Shown piece by piece: positions 51,458-64,000 of a stretch of 64,000 nucleotides of DNA. The position numbers were made by a program, and so were the translations under genes. The stretch's first letter is position 1; the number at the start of each line of letters is the position of its first letter. Below the pieces are notes generated by a model, which did no database searches, was not told the origin of the DNA, and saw nothing but the letters and a program-made list of their open reading frames with translations. Source of the stretch: Octopus vulgaris (taxonomy: Eukaryota); assembly GCA_951406725.2 (NCBI GenBank), contig OX597834.1, forward strand, positions 11,904,001-11,968,000, read 5' to 3'.

Positions 51458-53264
51458 ATATATATATATATATATATGCTGACACTAACTGACATACACA
51501 TATGTACCAACACATACTTAACAACGAATGAATGTAATCTTTCGAATTTCATTCTGCGTGTGCGGTTAATATGTATTAGAGTTAAACGTGTAATCATGCG
51601 ATGTAACGGCGTGCCACTTTTGCATGCATTGTTAAACGTTCCTTCAATGATATCACATTGCTTGTCTATTCTTATAGCTGACATACTCATAAATACCTTA
51701 ATTTGAATGCGATAACACCCAATTGCGAACGCATATGCAAGAGCCTAAATGTTTGGTGAAAAAATACTGCTTTTCCTTCACAATGCGTCCATATCCAAAC
51801 GAAGAATATCAGAGTCGCCCCAGTAACTTAAAAGTTGCATTATTTAGAAAGAGTCTTCATAGCTCCAAAATTGGGAATTCAAAGGTTGCATCACCTACAT
51901 GCTGTCATAAATCGAAACACACTTCTGTGTCAAAGCAATAACGTGATTATGTTGACGTTCTCAGTCAAATAATATTTACTTATGAAAATATAAAATTTCA
52001 CAGGATGTTCTTTAAAAAGACGAAATGCACTAACGGAAATTCTTCTTAATCGCAAAAATCTGAAACTCTAAAATCTCATAGTAGTGAAGAATATTCAGGA
52101 AAGGCATATGTTTGCCAAGTTAATGATGGTCTTGTGAGATAAAATATTAGATTTAACACTGCAGCTGACATTGCCGCAAATAGGCACCAACAACGAAATC
52201 GGATTGGTCAATGTTAGCTGCATAGCGTCACTTAGCTTGTGAACTTTCTTCTTATGAAAACGGAAGAGGTCGAAATAGAAAATAACATTAATTTTCATTC
52301 GGCGACCTATATTTAGCTAATACTATCACAAGTATATTTAAGTGATCTTGACAGCAGTGAGTATCGTGTGAGAGAGCGAATATTCTATGAACAGCTATAT
52401 ATTGAAAGAGAGATGAATTCTGTTGGAATATTGGAAAGCATTTCACTTTAATACCTCACACATTTTCATTAGCTCCTTGGGTATATAGCGTGAGAAATAT
52501 ATTCTCCAAAATTATATTCTAGGATCACGAACATTGTTAAACAAATACACGAGTGAAATGACATATTCTATAAATGCCAGCCGTCGCTTTCGATGTTACA
52601 AAGGACGAATCTGTTGTAGCATACTCTTCCTCGTCATAGGTGTTCACGATTAATTATATGAACCAGAAAAAGGCTAACAACGTATTCGCTAGGCCAGATA
52701 GAAATAGCAACCATTTTAACTTTTCGGGTTTTTTTGTTTTGTTTGTAGGGTATCTATCTCACAATATTTTTTTTTTATTCTAGTATAGTAATTACGCTTT
52801 GCTCAATATTCATGCTTGCTTTAATTTATTTATTTTATTTATTGTTTTTTTTCTCATAAGTTTAATGGCACAGGTACCATATCAAATAACGATGTGACAT
52901 AATCGATATTTTCATATATCAAGCCGACTGATTCAAATCATAAAGAACACACGGATTGCTGGATAGAGAAAATCTAAATACAATGTAAGAATCTATGGAA
53001 AGATGGTGACACTTGCATTGTAATAAGTCTTTAAAATTTCGCTTTCAAAGCGACATTTGCGCTAAAATATTTAGTACCAACTCCAACTATCAACAGTTAA
53101 TAGTTATTTTTCACTTTTGTACGTTTTATTTCCAAACATCTTATTTAGTGGAGTTTCTCTGTCACTATTAAGTTAATGGTTTAATTTGATGTCTGGAATA
53201 TTAATACATATGGAATCTTATCGGGAGATTTTAATTTAGATTAAGTTGTATCATAAAGTTGGCG

Positions 53265-53910
53265 GGGCGGGGGGTGGGGGCAAGCGAATAGATCAATCCC
53301 AGTACGCAACTGGTACTTAATTTATCGACCCCGAAAGGATGAAATGCAAAGTCGACCTCGGCTGAGTGCAGATAGTATTATTATTACATGTTCTAAATAC
53401 GCGAGGGTTTAAGAGCTAAGCACGTAAGATAGTATATTTAGTTCTAAATTTTCTACTCAAAGTTCAAAACGTCAGAAACAGATGTGAATTGACCTATTTC
53501 TTTACTATCAACAAGAGGCTAAACTCAGAGAGGACAAACAAGGACAGACAAACGGATTAAGTCGGTTATATCGACCCTAGTGCGTAACTGGTCCTGAATT
53601 TATCGACCCCAAAAGGATGAATGGCACAGATGACCACGGCGGAATTTGAACACAGAACGTAACGGCAGACGAACTACTTATTTCTATTTCTTTCCTACCC
53701 ACAAGGGGCTAAACACAGAGGGGAAAAACAGGGGCAGATAAACGGATCAAGTCGATTACATCGACCCCAGTGCGTAACTGATACATAATTTATCGACCCC
53801 GAAAGGATGAAAGGCAAAGTCGACCTCGGCGAAATTTGAACTCAGAACGCGACGGCAGACGAAACACCGCTAAGCAATTCGCCCGGCGTGCTAACGTTTC
53901 AGCCAGCTCT
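53265..53910 (-). mobile_element. Cluster of three SINE family B units (53265-53362, 53493-53675, 53679-53910)
   Basis: Three central domains in the same orientation; the last two form a tandem dimer. Confidence 0.9.
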
Positions 53911-54137
53911 ACGTCTTACAGATGTAAATTGACCTGCCATTATGTTAATACGCAATTCATGTGCTCGTGCATAATGCTGGTAAGAGAAATAAGCCACTTA
54001 TATCATGAAGGTGTGCACGTTATTTATCTTGTTTTGCATAAAGTAGATCCATGAATTATGCTGCCTACACCTTACTTGTTCATTGTCTTATAATCGCTCT
54101 CAGAAAGGGAATACTGTATTCAGAATTAAGGTACATG

Positions 54138-54172
<35 letters not shown>

Positions 54173-54344
54173 TTCAGCAACAATTTAGATTCAAATGAAT
54201 ATGGCACTTAATTTAGATGCACCAGAATTTTTTATGGTGTTACCCATAAAAATATGCGGGGCGATTATAATAAAAAATAAGCAACAAGAATGAATCCGGT
54301 AATTTAGTACAATTGTTTCATACTACAACATTCTATTAAAAGCT

Positions 54345-54596
54345 GTATATATATATGTATATATATATATATTTATATACATACATACATATATATACAC
54401 ATACATATATACACATACACATATACGCATACACACATACGCACACATATACACACACACATATACGCACACACACATATACGCACATACACATATACAC
54501 AAACACACATACACAAACACACACACATACACAGACACACACACACACACACATATACACAAACACACACATACACAAACACACACACATACACAA

Positions 54597-54634
<38 letters not shown>

Positions 54635-54640
54635 GTGTGT
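54345..54640. repeat. Compound (CA/TA)n microsatellite
   Basis: Direct inspection. Confidence 0.95.
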
Positions 54641-55936
54641 ATAATTGAAATGAATATTAAGTAAATAAATGAATACAGAAACTGGTTTTGTGCTTTCGGA
54701 AAGAAGAATAGCGACCAGGGCATGGAATAATCTAAACAGAGCAGATTCAAATAGGTAAAAGAATATTGGATAAACGCATTAAAGAATAGCGAAGAGAAAT
54801 TCATCATAAAAAGAAATGTTACACTGTTATACCTTGGTTTGCAACATGAAGTAAATGAATGGTTATCGAACGAAAACCAATAATGTATTGATACATTTTC
54901 CTTGTAACATAATCAAAAGCACTAAAAGAGGAGAAAGATGGAGAATGATGCGGAGAGAGAATGGAGAGTAAGTAACCTTTGTAAAAACAAACCCCAAAAA
55001 AGAATGTGTATGATTCCGATACAAGAATTTTAAAAGGGCACCGAAGAATTGAACGCTATGATATGAAGAGCAGCTCGTGCTGGGAATGAAGATAATATAG
55101 ACACAAAAACATGTTCTGAACGTCCCGGAAATACAGGAAGAAAGGGCTTACATTTATCGGTAGAATATAATGCAAGGAACTTGTATGTGGATTCTTCGCA
55201 ATTCTTATTGTCATAAGAAAGTAGAAGAATGAATCTAGAACAATATGAAAAGCAAAATTATTTATTTCGAAAACTGCTAAAAGATATAAGGAAAAAGGAA
55301 ATATGATGTCACTATGATTCTATTTCTTCGCAAATGAACGAGTATTTTTGTGTTTCGTTTTATTTATGTGAACGTGGATTTATCGTCTTATTTCTAAAGA
55401 GGAAAGAACAACCTTGTATATAACCATAATCTATATATTCAGCCACCACAAAATGAGCAAGTGTAAAATCGATGTCCAATACCGTAAACTGAGAGGGAAA
55501 AGCTGAAAAAGGTTTTTGAGAAGAGCAAAAACAAGAAGAAAAAAGGGAAAAAATGTTATAATCAAGCAGCAACGAGTTGTGACGCGCTGTGCCAGATTGG
55601 ATTGCAATGCCGTGTTCTTATCTACAGGAAAAGTCGCTTAGCGGTTTTTACCTTTTCAGTGTTATTCACGACACATTCACACGTAGAGGGGACACGAGAA
55701 ATAATGGATCTACAATAACATTTCCCAATACACAAACGCATTCAAATGCTCATACAGACACTCATGCAAGCATTTACACATTAACACACACGCACACCAC
55801 CCTCGCAAGAGCGCACATACACTTACTTCCCTAAATGCGTACTAGCGTACACATTTATTATATATATATATATATATACATACATATACATATATGTATG
55901 AATATGCATATATGTACATATAGATACACATATATG

Positions 55937-55998
<62 letters not shown>

Positions 55999-56825
55999 AT
56001 ATATATATATATATAAATGTATATATGTATATGTAAATAAGCAAAACTTCATCTTCCCGCTCTCCTGATGTTTCAAAGAATATTGATATTTACGTACATG
56101 ACAATAATTACGAGAAAATAGTCTAAGATATTAACAGCGTAATATTAAATGGAGCTCCGATTCATCTCTAGCAACATAAACTTATAAGATAAAACTGCTT
56201 GAATAATCCGTGATAACAAGAAATTAAAATTATCCAGTTAACAAATTTTTAAATCGTTTCGCTTAAATTATGGAAAGGTATTATCAAATAAAAATGTTCA
56301 AGTGAGCACAACAAGATATGAAGTCCCTTCAAATTCTGAGAATGTTATTATATATATATTTCAAATTTACAGAAAATATAAGAGGAATATAGGTGAAAAG
56401 ACAATTAGTATGTGTATTACTTCGATACCCGGGACGAATGGAGGATTCTTCTGAAGTTTCGTCTTTATATTCTTCGAGACAAAAGAATGACAGGAAAAAT
56501 GGAAAGATGACGGAGAATGTTAACGTGGAAGTGATTTTGGACGTAGAGATCTGTTTTGGCAGTGTTGACCTCGGGGTAACTTTACCCATCTGCTGCAATA
56601 TCCTAAAATTTTAATTTTATAGTGATAATGTTTAGGATTAGCTTTTGTATGTAAGCGTGCATAGTCCTCATCGGGCATCAGGTGCTGTCATGACGAAAAT
56701 TTTAACTGTTTTCATAATCAATTCTCTATTTATGGCTATTATCCAACGTGTGCTTCCAGAATATTAGGATTATATGATACTGAACAAACCCATTGCTGCA
56801 AGTACTGTCATGCCACTTTATATAT

Positions 56826-57154
56826 ATAGTTTTTGGATTTGGTTTGCAAGATTCTTTACGTGAGTTCGTGTGTTGAATCATATTCTGTTGTGTCTGAGGA
56901 GAATCATTTTCGTTTTTTGTGCCTTATAATTTAACACACACCGGCAAAATTTTCAATTATTTCTTATTTTTATTTCCCTAAAATTTTCGTTGCGTCTCGC
57001 AACCATTTCACTAGGCATTGACTATTAAAAAGGTGGCAAGACACAACGAAAATTTTAGGTAAATATAAATAAGAAATAAGTGGAAATGTTGCCGGTGAGT
57101 GTGTTAAATTATAAGGCACAAAATGAAAATGGCTCTCCACAGACACAACAGAAC

Positions 57155-57156
<2 letters not shown>
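56826..57156. mobile_element. (TA)n-flanked ~275-bp palindromic element with paired hammerhead-like motifs
   Basis: 56881-57014 is an imperfect reverse complement of 57022-57156 with a 7-nt spacer; each arm carries g-gttgc..gcaac-GAAAATTT-tagg (the right arm has two stem substitutions). Confidence 0.75.
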
Positions 57157-57186
<30 letters not shown>

Positions 57187-57386
57187 TGTTCTCTTAATTT
57201 ATTATCATCTCATAATAATGACTTTTACGACTCGTATTACTACCTCAGTCAATCTAAATGTATATATTTTTCACTACCTGTTATAAATAGCCATTTTTTA
57301 TTTGCAATGTGCATTTTCGTTGATTTTTCATATTTTACCCTTACATTTACACGTGTATTTTATATCTTCTTTCCGTAACATATTTC

Positions 57387-57430
<44 letters not shown>

Positions 57431-57810
57431 CCCGAGTTTTCCTCGTGAGGACATGGTGAATGCGATTGTGTGAAATATAACAGTTAATAATGAAAATAGT
57501 TTTATATGTGGTTCTTTTGTTATATAGCTTCTAGGGTAAAAATAGATAACATGAAAGTGAAACAAGCTGAATGATACTATGGTGACATTACCAACAACAA
57601 AGTCAACGACACGAGGACTACCCACGGAAAGGGGAAGAGGCGGGGACGATGACGACGGTGATAATATCGGTGATGTATGGTAATTTCCATGACATTTTTG
57701 TGGTTGTTGTTATTGTTGTTGTTGAACTATGACAAGGAAGAGAAAGATGATAATGGTTGTGTCGGGGATGGTGATGTTGAGAACGCAGATGACGGCGCAG
57801 ATCATGATTT

Positions 57811-58040
57811 AAGGCAGCGAGCTGGCAGAATCGTTAGCCCCCCGGGCGAAATGCGTAGCCGCATTTCGTCTGTCGTTACGTTCTGAGTTCAAATTCCGTC
57901 GAGGTCGACTTTGCCTTTCATCCTTTCGGGGTCGATAAGTTAAGTACCAGTTACGCACTGGGGTCGATGTAATCGACTTAATCCCTTTGTCTGTCCTTGT
58001 TTGTCCCCTCTATGTTTAGCCCCTTGTGGGTAATAAAGAA
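57811..58040 (+). mobile_element. SINE family B, full length
   Basis: aaggcagcgagctggcagaatcg...gtaataaagaa. Confidence 0.92.
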
Positions 58041-59020
58041 CCAGATGATGATGATGATGATTGTGGCGATTATGATGACAATGATCATGCTGCTGCTGAT
58101 GATGATGAAGATGACAAGGAAGAGGATGATGATAAGAAATATGACATATCAAAAAAAAAATAAATAAAGACAATCAGTCGGCTTGATATATGAAAATATC
58201 GATTATGTCACATCGTTATTTGATTGGTACCTGTATCATTAAACTTATGAGAAAAAAAAACAATACATAAAATAAATAAATTAAAGCAAGCATAAATATT
58301 GAGCAAGGCGTGTTTCCTCTACTAGAATAAAAAACAAAAACAAACTATTGCAAAATAGATACCCTAAACAAACAAAAAAAAAAAAGAAAAAACGTAAAAC
58401 AAAAACACACACACTGTAGATTTCTGCTGAATGATATATGAATGCAATCATATAAGTTTATGAGATATTAAAGTAGAACTAATATCATACAGAAATGATT
58501 TATTAAACATAGAGAAATATTAGATAACGTTCATATAAAGCGAACGGCGTAAATAGTGTATCGATATCTTAGTACATATGTACGCTTAGAGCGACACCGA
58601 AACACATAACAAAGGTCGTTGAATAGTCTACTATTCACCGACAAAGTGCTAGAATTAAAGTAATGTTCTGGAATAACAGAGAAATCATTACAATAAGTAC
58701 TGGAAGAGAGTATCGTGAAGAGAGAATCCGCCAAAATATAATTTTCAACAAAGGTGAAACTTCAAAGAGCAGAAGCCTGTGTTCCGTACCAAAATACATG
58801 CGGTTTTGTCATGTGATAGACGATAACCGGATAAAATGAAAAGCTTGTTATTGGGTGTTGTTTGGCTTCAGATCAGCTCTGATCAAACGTGTTCCCAAGG
58901 TAACCATCTACTATTAAACATTTTCCTTCTGCACGCATTACACAAATACGCAAACACACAGACACGACAAATATGTTAACACGTGAACACACATACGAAC
59001 TCACAAGCGCTTACACCGCA

Positions 59021-59064
<44 letters not shown>

Positions 59065-59532
59065 CACACACACACACACACACACATATCGCTCCAGTGT
59101 TTACTGTGATGAGAAAGTGTACTTGATACCAAAGTAGAGGGGTAATTAAAGTTATATTTTGGTCGAGTCAGTTTCCGTAGCCTTTCTCTCACACTCTCTC
59201 TCCACATCTCTCTTTCCGTATATACATATATGCATACATACATACACACATACATACATGCATATATGTATTCACAGACGCACATATGTTTATATAGACA
59301 CATACGCATAGATGTGCCTATACATATATGAATATATATACACACATGTACATATATATATATATATATATATATGGAAAGACAGAATGATAGATAGATA
59401 GTGATACATAGATATATAGATATACAGATATAGATAGATAGTTAGACTCATAGATAGACACACAGACACACACACCTATGGTATCTGGGGAGAGTCACAC
59501 GGATTAATTTCCACTCATGTGTTCTATATTTC

Positions 59533-59910
59533 TAGGTGGAGACGTGACTGTATCATACGAAGCTTGCCTCCCAATGACATAGATCGGAGATGACTCTCGC
59601 TGCGTGGCACCTTGGGCAAGTAGCTTCTATTATAGATTCAAACTGAAGTCTTGTGAGCGGATTTGGTAGACGAAAACTGAAAAAGACCATCGTATGTATG
59701 TATGTGTTCGTCCCTCACTACTTCTTGACAACCGGTGTTGGTGTGTTTATGTCCCTAACGTTTCGGTAAAAGCGGCAGATAGCATAAGTAACAGCCAAAG
59801 TAAAAATTATGTATTGGGGTCGATTCGATTCATTCGATTAAAAATGCTTCAAGGCGGTGCTCCAGCATGACCGTTGTCTAATGACTGACACAAGTGAAAC
59901 ATAAAAGAGC
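59533..59910 (+). mobile_element. SINE family A, older diverged copy
   Basis: CORE tgcgtggcaccttgggcaagt and tail aaggcggtgctccagcatg. Confidence 0.82.
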
Positions 59911-60772
59911 AGCTAGGCAGAAATTCTCAAATTACTTAGGGATCCACAAAAGTAAACCTCGCTTCAGGAAACTCCCCAGAATTCATGAATTCGTAGAGAA
60001 TTGTTTAACAACAATTTATTGGATATATAAAACTAAATTATGTTGAGCGTGCTATATCTGTAAAGAATAGTAATTTCAAGTCGCTTTTAAACACGATACG
60101 GCATAAATATAGTGTTACTAGAATAGGTTATAAAAGGAATCTATTTTTAGCAAACAGTCAAATACGTTCTCAAAGGAATGAAGATCAAATAAATAGTTTA
60201 TGCGTTTACAGAAAAAAAAACTTTTGTTGGAACTCTGTATTAAAACACGCCCAGTGAGAAAACGCAGGAAGACAGTAAAATACTTTATGATACAGCTATG
60301 AGATAATGGCTCAATACATATGGCAGATGCAAGGAGTTACATATCCGTAAATATAAAAGACAGATAAGGTGCACTATGGTGAAAGAAGTCTTTTGAAGCC
60401 CTATGTTTTTGGAGACTGAAAATTCTGTATAAATCTGCACTATACTGTGGGAAAGGGATACAATAGTTTTCATTCAAGGCTGTACAATGTGCATTTTTTA
60501 TATTGCAGATCAGCAAATTTTGGAGATAGTATTGGTTTTACAAATATCGAAAACCAATGAACATACATTTGAAAATTTACACATTACAAATAATATTTCT
60601 ACATGTTGAATATTTTGGGAAAATTTCGCGTAGACTAGCTCCCTTTTCTGAACAAAGCTTTACAGAGATCTTAGCAGTGAGAATCTTACACAAAGCAAGA
60701 TGGAGAATGGTACTCAATGAATGAAAGCTAACATAAATAAGGTCTTGGCTACAATGGTAACAATGGTAATAG

Positions 60773-61006
60773 AAGGCGGCGAGCTGGCAGAATCGTTAGC
60801 ACGCCGGGTGAAATGCTTAGCGGTATTTCGTCTGCGTTACGTTGTGAGTTCAAATTCCGCCGAGGTCGACTTTACCTTTCATCCTTTCGGGGTCGATAAA
60901 TTAAGTACCAGTTACGCACTGGGGTCGACCTAATCGACTTAATACATATGTCTGTCCTTGTTTATCCCCCTCTGTGTTTAGCCCCTTGTGGGTAGTAAAG
61001 AAATAG
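60773..61006 (+). mobile_element. SINE family B, full length
   Basis: Complete copy; an extra tail fragment follows at about 61059-61079. Confidence 0.92.
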
Positions 61007-61261
61007 ATATGTGTTGCGAGAAGATTCGGTTATTTCTAAGCTGGTCAAGATATTTTCCTGTGGGTAATAAAGAAATAGGTAACAGGTGACTGGAACAGAG
61101 CTAGGCTTAATAACTGCCACAGCTAAAGTATATAAAAAATACAATAAACTCAACATATTGAACAGATTATCTCTTGTTCAAGCACACTACAACATAAGTA
61201 TATATTGTATTAATTGATACTTCCAAAATTAAAGCATTAGAATCAGCGTTTGTTAACAGAA

Positions 61262-61647
61262 GGCGCAGGAGTGGCTGTGGGGTAAGTAGCTTGCTTACCA
61301 ACCGCATGGTCCTGGGTTCAGTCCCACTGCGTGGCACCTTGGGCAACTGTCTTCTACTATAGCCTCGGGCCGACCAAAGCCTTGTGAGTGGATTTGGTAG
61401 ATGGAAACTGAAAGAAGCCCATCGTATATATGTCTATGTATCATGTACGTGTGTTTGTGTGTCTGTTCACCTAATATCGCATGACAACCGATGCTGGTGT
61501 GTTTACGTCCCCGTAACTTAGCGGTTCGGCAAAAGTGACCGATAGAATAAGTATTAGGCTTCCAAAGAAGGCGTGGGGTCGATTTGCTCGACTAAAGACG
61601 GTGCTCCAGCATGGCCGAAGACAAATGACTGAAACCAGTAAAAGAGA
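61262..61647 (+). mobile_element. SINE family A, full length
   Basis: ggcgcaggagtggc...gactgaaaccagtaaaagag. Confidence 0.93.
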
Positions 61648-62269
61648 AGGGTGCGTCTAAATTACTAAATATATCAACAATACAGACAAGGGCTTCCGGA
61701 ACGATCCTAAATTGTTACCTGTGATATAAATCGCGATACCTGGGCGTGAAAAATTATACAAGCCAATCATAGAAAAAAGCAAAAACACGGGAATTGAAAT
61801 TCTTCAACTCGAAATGAAAAATTGAGCAGTATTCTCAAGGTTAAGGTTTGGAACACTATGTTTTTAGACCACGATCTTGGAAGAAATTTAACGTTGCAAG
61901 ATGGAGCAAGAAAATATCAGGACTGAGAAGAGAATAACTATTTCTCTTCTATTCTTTCCTTCCTTCCTCCGTTTAGGTGTGAAATGCCAAAGAAAGGTCA
62001 GAAGCGTGCTCTTTAAGTGATATAAGCATTAAATAGATTTTTAAAAATATAGAAAAAAAATACTTAGTTTCCATTAAGCAATATGGATGGCATACTACAT
62101 AGAATTAATAATTATCAATAAAATAAAAAAAAAAAGTTTATTCTAGTAAGGTCTTTATCTTAAACACCTTATTCGTGGTATGAAATAATGGAAAAAAATT
62201 TAGGCCATCATAAAGATATACATCTTATAGACGTCTATCTATCTCTTTCTCTCACTTTCTATATGATTC

Positions 62270-62318
<49 letters not shown>

Positions 62319-62461
62319 CATACATACACATATATATACATACATATACATACATATACATATATATACATACATATACATATATATACATACATACACA
62401 TATATACACATACATACATATATATATATATACGTACATACATATATATACATACATATAC

Positions 62462-62492
<31 letters not shown>

Positions 62493-62799
62493 CATATATA
62501 CATACATATACATATATACATACATATCTATATATACATATATATATACATACATATCTATATATACATATATATATACATACATATCTATATATACATA
62601 TATATATATACATACATATCTATATATACATATATATATACATACATATCTATATATATACATATATATACATATCTATATATACATATATATATATATA
62701 CATACATATATATACATATCTATATATACATATATATATATACATATCTATACATATATACATACATATATACATACATATACATATATATATATAAAT

Positions 62800-62842
<43 letters not shown>
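62270..62842. repeat. Compound (TA/CA)n microsatellite with ~30-bp higher-order periodicity
   Basis: tacatatctatatatacatatatatataca is repeated at 62521-62680. Confidence 0.95.
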
Positions 62843-63352
62843 CCCCAACATATGTACAGTACACCCCAAATGCATTAAACATTACGCACACAATACATAC
62901 TGTACCCTAGCATAACCACTCCCAAGACTTTATCCTTTACAGAGAGAAAACGAACACAGCATTATATACCTACGCCCCCGAAAACAATTATGCATGGCAC
63001 CACTACACATATCACACCCCACATCTCGACAGGAGCACCACATTCATAATACAAACCTTCACCATTTCAAGATGATACTTTCTGGCTTCCCAGCATACCC
63101 ACTCTAGTGTAATAACCCTAAGCTAATCCCCTAGCCTCTTTTTCGTTGCACCACTTTTTCATAGGAGCCTCTGACGGGTTGTGCTCTTCCCCTTCCGACA
63201 ATAAAGACCAGTTGCCATATTCCCTTCCACATCGGCTAACTGTGATGAGCGTAAAGTCATATAACCGGCTTGTTACCTAACGCTCCATTAATACCTTTAT
63301 GCGAAACCGGTTGGTAAAATTAGCCGTAATGGATATTTAATACTATACTTTT

Positions 63353-63356
<4 letters not shown>
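62843..63356 (+). mobile_element. (TA)n-embedded ~515-bp C-rich element ending in a hammerhead motif
   Basis: Non-repetitive, compositionally distinct insert between two TA tracts; hammerhead near the 3' end. Confidence 0.7.
63233..63326 (+). ncRNA. Type I hammerhead ribozyme motif (Penelope-type, CCGG loop III)
   Basis: cggctaa..act|GTGATGA|gcgtaaag...ctttatgc|GAAA|ccgg|TT|ggt aaaa ttagccg: 8-bp helix II and bulged helix I; single core change C3G. Confidence 0.7.
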
Positions 63357-63398
<42 letters not shown>

Positions 63399-63577
63399 TG
63401 CGAAGTAGATAAAATAAGAGATAACTGATGAAGGTAATGTTCTTTATGTTCCGTCTCTCGTTTCTCTGTTTCTTTGTTTCTTCTTCTGTTCGAAAAAAAA
63501 TTATTCGTTTTTTGCCTTTCATGTTCTCGTTTCATATTTTGCCTATGTTTTTCTTTCTGATGTCCAGTTCCCATTTA

Positions 63578-63860
<283 letters not shown>

Positions 63861-64000
63861 GTGTGTACCTATATGTATACATGTATTTATATATTGTTTA
63901 TATTATATATATTATTTATATATATATGAATGTTCATCTTTGCAGTTAAAAGTGTAATTTTATAACAAAAAGTAAGGAAAAACCTTAAATAAGCGTATAT

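Larger units (their letters stand above)
52735..58380. repeat. Long-range ~200-bp inverted repeat pair (52735-52933 and 58172-58380)
   Basis: aaataacgatgtgacataatcgatattttcatatatcaagccgactgatt vs aatcagtcggcttgatatatgaaaatatcgattatgtcacatcgttattt; not one of the SINE families. Confidence 0.9.

Noticed and set aside
63425-63500. CTGATGA after (TA)n with a downstream ttcGAAA
   Set aside because: No convincing helix II, helix III or helix I pairing. It may be part of a TA-embedded element but is not called a ribozyme.

Overview
Repeat-dominated, very AT-rich animal non-coding DNA, either intergenic or deep intronic. The tRNA-derived SINE set and the microsatellite load look like an Octopus/coleoid cephalopod genome, which is an inference from recalled family sequences and not a database result. 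I find no credible protein-coding gene: nearly all ORFs in the track are translations of (TA)n/(CA)n/trinucleotide repeats or SINEs. The window holds about 16 copies of a CORE-type SINE (family A), about 14 copies of a second SINE (family B, three times as headless tandem dimers), four modular SINEs, an intact 397-bp non-autonomous Helitron, a 1.15-kb foldback element and decayed CR1- and RTE-like LINE ends. The most interesting signal is a set of small unrelated elements, mostly embedded in (TA)n tracts and often with long inverted repeats, that carry minimal type I hammerhead-ribozyme motifs with palindromic helix III. The best examples are at 26754-26798, 37726-37786, 63233-63326 and 2132-2182, and some hint at covarying 3-8 core pairs. 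They resemble non-autonomous Penelope-like or retrozyme-like elements. Coordinates of degenerate repeats are approximate.
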